A DNA stretch of 32,000 nucleotides from assembly GCA_038858525.1 (NCBI GenBank), contig JAWCFL010000004.1, positions 1-32,000 of the forward strand. Reading direction: 5' to 3'. Under the pieces are notes generated by a model. It worked only from the letters and a program-made list of their open reading frames with translations. It did not search any database and was not told the DNA's origin. A program made the translations under genes and the position numbers. Source of the stretch: Candidatus Jordarchaeales archaeon. Lineage in GTDB: Archaea; Asgardarchaeota; Jordiarchaeia; Jordiarchaeales; Freyrarchaeaceae. Shown here in pieces: positions 28,507 to 32,000 of this stretch (position 1 is its first letter; every line of letters begins with the position of its first letter).

Positions 28507-29820
28507 ATGATGCCTCGGGAAGTCATAACGGATGTTGTCTGCCCTGTGTGCGGCTCTCTATGCGACGATATTTCGGTGATATTTGGTGATGGTGGGAGGA
28601 TTATAGAAGTTGAGAATGCCTGTTCAGTTGGTGCCAGCAAGTTTCTTAGTGCTCAGAGCGAGCACCGCCTCAAAACCCCCCTAATGAGGAAGAATGGGTC
28701 CTTCGTAGAGGTTTCTTTGGAGAAAGCCGTCAAGGAGACGGCTAAGCTTCTAGCTAACGCTGAACGCCCGCTTCTCTATGGTTGGAGTAATGCTGAGTGC
28801 GACGCTCACAGAGTGGGGCTTGAGCTGGCTGAGGAAGTAGGTGGAATAATAGATAGCACTACGACGACGTGCCATGGCCCATCCGTCCTTGCAATTCAAG
28901 AGGTGGGTTGCCCCACATGTACTTTGGGTGAAGTCAAGAATAGGGCGGACGTGATAATCTACTGGGGTGCTAACCCAATCCACGCTCACCCTCGTCACAT
29001 GTCGCGCTACACCACTTTTCCGAGAGGCTTCTTCAGAGAGAAGGGTGAAAAGGATCGGACGATAATCGTTATCGACGTGAGGCGGACGGATACAGCTAAG
29101 CTAGCCGACTACTTCCTCCAAGTTAAACCAGGATACGACTATGAGATCGTAGCAGCCATGCGTGCGCTCCTCAAGGGGCACTCCATTAGTGTGAGTGAAG
29201 TGGGCGGAGTTCCCACTTCTAAGATCAAAGAAGTAGTCGAAGTGATGAAGAACGCAGGGTTCGGCGCTCTCTTCTTCGGCATGGGGCTCACAATGACTAG
29301 AGGCAAACACCGAAACATAGACAACGCGATAAGCCTTATCGCAGACCTCAATTCGTTCGCAAAGTGGATACTGATGCCTATGCGTGGGCATTATAACGTA
29401 AGCGGCACAGGCGAAACCTTTTCTTGGGTTACAGGGTATCCATTCGCTATAGATTTCCAGAGAGGATTCCCATACTATAATCCGGGCGAGACCACCGCTA
29501 TAGACCTGCTGATGAGAGGCGAGGTTGACGCCGCACTAATAGTAGCAAGCGACCCCGTATCCCACTTCCCCGCAGCGGCCGTAAAGCACCTCACCAGGAT
29601 CCCAGTATCAACTATCGAGCCTCACCCAACGCCAACAGTCGAGATCTCAAAAATAGTGATTCCGCCAGCCATTGCAGGAATAGAAGCTGAAGGGACCGCT
29701 TATAGGATGGACCATGTGCCAATCCGGCTAAGAAAGATAATTAACCCACCAGAAGGATGCCTCCCTGACAAAGAAATCCTCGAAATGATACTTGACGAAG
29801 TAAGAAAAATCAAGAAATAA
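28507..29820 (+). CDS. fwdB: Formylmethanofuran dehydrogenase subunit B (W/Mo-bis-PGD catalytic subunit)
   Basis: CPVCGSLCDD..C cluster, TTCHGPS metal ligand (Cys codon TGC, not Sec), CTLGEVKNRAD, WGANP.HAHPRHMSRY, MRGHYNV and GTAYRMD. Confidence 0.95.
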   Translation: MMPREVITDVVCPVCGSLCDDISVIFGDGGRIIEVENACSVGASKFLSAQSEHRLKTPLMRKNGSFVEVSLEKAVKETAKLLANAERPLLYGWSNAECDAHRVGLELAEEVGGIIDSTTTTCHGPSVLAIQEVGCPTCTLGEVKNRADVIIYWGANPIHAHPRHMSRYTTFPRGFFREKGEKDRTIIVIDVRRTDTAKLADYFLQVKPGYDYEIVAAMRALLKGHSISVSEVGGVPTSKIKEVVEVMKNAGFGALFFGMGLTMTRGKHRNIDNAISLIADLNSFAKWILMPMRGHYNVSGTGETFSWVTGYPFAIDFQRGFPYYNPGETTAIDLLMRGEVDAALIVASDPVSHFPAAAVKHLTRIPVSTIEPHPTPTVEISKIVIPPAIAGIEAEGTAYRMDHVPIRLRKIINPPEGCLPDKEILEMILDEVRKIKK

Positions 29821-29926
29821 CCCTTTCATTTTCTTCCATTAAGCTGGCTATTCATAGCGGCAAGAACACGAATTAAAGAATAACGGATCAAAGAATAAAA
29901 TGTGTCCTTCCCCTTTTCAGTTTCTT

Positions 29927-30349
29927 TTACTCTGATCTTCTAAGTCTGCTGAAGAGCTCTTTTAGCTCAGATTGAAGTTGCATTCTTGCGCTAGCAGGGC
30001 TTGGGGGTGCCCTCGAGGCGCTTGCCGGCTTATCTATTGCAGGCGCCATTGCCGGCGTCCTCGCCGTTACAGTCGGTGCTGATCTTATCTCGTGCTCAGG
30101 GGCATATTCTCTTTCGGGTGACTGTAACGGAGAAGCCGATGGTAACGGTGGGGGCGAGCTTGCCTTAGCTTCTAAAATGCTTATTTTTCTTTCAAGGGAC
30201 CTTATTTCGTTGTCCAACTGGTTTATTCTGTCTTCAAGCAGACCTACCGCGTTAAGTATTATACCTATGAGTCCCGTCACTATTTCAGCTAACTGCTTAA
30301 GCTTTTTACTTTCCCCAAAATCTATCATAAACTCTATGTCGTCGCTCAA
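29927..30349 (-). CDS. Hypothetical protein: N-terminal coiled-coil helix, proline-rich linker, C-terminal amphipathic WH2-like helix
   Basis: 140 aa with a TTG start after AGGAG. Heptad helix at about residues 15-61, 14 Pro in residues 66-118, then SARMQLQSELKELFSRLRRSE. Confidence 0.7.
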   Translation of the reverse strand: MSDDIEFMIDFGESKKLKQLAEIVTGLIGIILNAVGLLEDRINQLDNEIRSLERKISILEAKASSPPPLPSASPLQSPEREYAPEHEIRSAPTVTARTPAMAPAIDKPASASRAPPSPASARMQLQSELKELFSRLRRSE

Positions 30350-30452
30350 CAGGCACCGTCTCCTTTAAAACCCAAAGATACCCTTCCCCCCATAACTAAT
30401 AAAGTTTTTCGGAAAAGTAAGCATTCTGGGTCCTGAGGATGGGGGTGTAAGC

Positions 30453-31832
30453 TTGGCATCCATGGTGTATCTACCTTATGGTGGCGCTCAAGTTAGGCTT
30501 ACAATTCCATATCCGGCATTAGAACTCAAAGTTGATCCTCTGAGAGGCACAGATGACCCCGACGGACAAATTAAAGCAGCGCTCCAAACCCCCCTCGGAA
30601 TGGAACCATTATACAGCCTCGCTAAAAGAGGGAGTAAGGTCGCCATCCTCATTGAGGGTTCTCAAGTTCCGGGAGGTTACAGAAGACGTGTTCTCAGTAT
30701 ACTTTTGAGCGAGCTCCATAAAGCTGGCGTTAAGCGAGGAGACATTACGCTGGTTGTGGCTGCTGGACTTTACAAGAAGCCAAGCCGCAAAGAACTTATA
30801 GATTTGATTGGCGGGGAGGTGCTTGAAGGTTATACGGTTGCCGTTCACGATTGCGAGGAAAGCCGCTTATTGGTGAGAGTTGGAGAAACACCTTTGGGAG
30901 GGGCCTTGGAGGTTAATAAGTGGGTTGCCGAGTCAGACCTAGTAATAGTGATTTCTAAGGTTCTCCCATGGGGGGCATGGGGAGGATACAACTCCGGAGC
31001 CCGGACGTTGGTTCTTGACCTAACGTCGACTGAGACAGCCTCTCAGTTTTATGACCTGAATTTAGTCAGCAATCCTGCTTGCAATGGAGACCCAACTTTG
31101 AACCCTCTCCAAAAACTGTTCCATGAAACAGTCAGAACGATAGAGGAAGCTAAGGGCTCCCCCCTCTTCTTCATTGAAGTGGTTGCGAATATTAATGGTC
31201 ATCTCCTATCGGCAAAAGCAGGCTCACTGAAACCTGTTGAGAGCACTCTGTGGGCAGAGGCTGACAAGCAGTATGTGGCTCACGTTAAGGGGCGAAGCGA
31301 ACTTCTAGTATTAGGAGTACCCAGCGTGACGCTCTTAGGTGAATCCGCCAACAGCAGTATCACGTTACTTCACGCTGTGACTTTCGCTCTCAGAAACCAC
31401 CGTGTATCGCCTGTCATTCGGAGGGGCGGACTAATCCTTACCGCTGCAGAGTGCACAGCAACGAGAGCGAATCCGGTGGAAAACGAAGTTCTAAGGGCAC
31501 TCGTCAGGACAGGCTCTATAGAGGAACTAGCAGCTAAACAGGAAAGCCTAAAGAATCCAGCACTAATCAAGCTTTACAAGGATGGGCTAACCCCCCATCC
31601 GCTTCACCCCCTCTTCAGCCTATACACGTCAACATTCACTCTAGAACACATAGAAGAAATACTGGTGGTCGGTTGCAGGTCCAAGTTGGCAACAAAGGAG
31701 CTCAAAATCACCCCCTTAAACAAACCAGAAGACGCCCTAAAAAAGATTGAAAGCTATTTAGGATCAGACCCGGCAACCATAACCTCGCCGGAATACTTCA
31801 CAAAGGGACCCATCATACAACACGTGAAGTAA
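30453..31832 (+). CDS. Lactate racemase (LarA/DUF2088) family protein, catalytically degenerate
   Basis: Overall LarA layout (LPYG, AALQTPLGMEPL, KVAILI, VHDCE, VGETPLG..EVNKWVAESDLVI), but canonical motif residues are replaced. Confidence 0.7.
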   Translation: MASMVYLPYGGAQVRLTIPYPALELKVDPLRGTDDPDGQIKAALQTPLGMEPLYSLAKRGSKVAILIEGSQVPGGYRRRVLSILLSELHKAGVKRGDITLVVAAGLYKKPSRKELIDLIGGEVLEGYTVAVHDCEESRLLVRVGETPLGGALEVNKWVAESDLVIVISKVLPWGAWGGYNSGARTLVLDLTSTETASQFYDLNLVSNPACNGDPTLNPLQKLFHETVRTIEEAKGSPLFFIEVVANINGHLLSAKAGSLKPVESTLWAEADKQYVAHVKGRSELLVLGVPSVTLLGESANSSITLLHAVTFALRNHRVSPVIRRGGLILTAAECTATRANPVENEVLRALVRTGSIEELAAKQESLKNPALIKLYKDGLTPHPLHPLFSLYTSTFTLEHIEEILVVGCRSKLATKELKITPLNKPEDALKKIESYLGSDPATITSPEYFTKGPIIQHVK

Positions 31833-32000
31833 TGAAAACTTGGTCATTTTTCTTGAATTTTTTATAATAACTAGGTTTTAATTTGGAAAGAAATTTAACT
31901 CCTTCGGCACTTTACCTTTTCTGAGGAAAAACTTTCTAGTAACAGAAGAGAGGTGGCGTTCTTGTGGTGGCTTAAAAAGAAAGAGAAAGGTGATGAAGCC

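Noticed and set aside
28860-28880. Possible selenocysteine at the FwdB metal ligand
   Set aside because: The codon is TGC (Cys). No in-frame TGA or SECIS is needed.
31951-32000. GAGGTG SD and TTG at 31962 opening MWWLKKKEKGDEA at the right edge
   Set aside because: Probably a real gene start, but 13 codons are too few to assign a product.

Overview
This is a 32 kb, densely coding stretch of an archaeal chromosome. GGAGG/GAGGTGA ribosome-binding sites, TTG/GTG starts, TATA/BRE promoters and Glu/Lys-rich proteins point to a thermophilic anaerobe. I found no rRNA, tRNA, CRISPR array, transposase or integrase. Housekeeping genes: XPB helicase, DUF790/Bax1 nuclease, a complete smc-scpA-scpB operon, TatD, a proteasome beta subunit lacking the catalytic Thr, NOG1, RtcA, Ogt, NMN adenylyltransferase, DUF62 SAM hydrolase and an HhH-MutS (MutS5-type) ATPase. 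A heat-shock unit (cdc48 plus a Phr/HSR1-like repressor) has a candidate operator and an unusually structured leader. Anaerobic metabolism genes: a double-cubane cluster protein with its ATP-dependent reductase, a divergent fwd cluster (fwdG-like x2, shortened fwdF, fwdD, fwdB; no fwdA/C in the window) and a degenerate LarA-family protein. Several proteins look eukaryote-like: a 140-aa protein with WAVE/SCAR-like order (helix, proline-rich linker, WH2-like helix), a roadblock/longin-like plus tandem winged-helix protein resembling NPRL2, a Vps29-like phosphoesterase and an MIT/TPR-like protein. Together these suggest, but do not prove, an Asgard archaeon. All family calls come from motif recognition and reference sequences recalled from memory; no searches were run.
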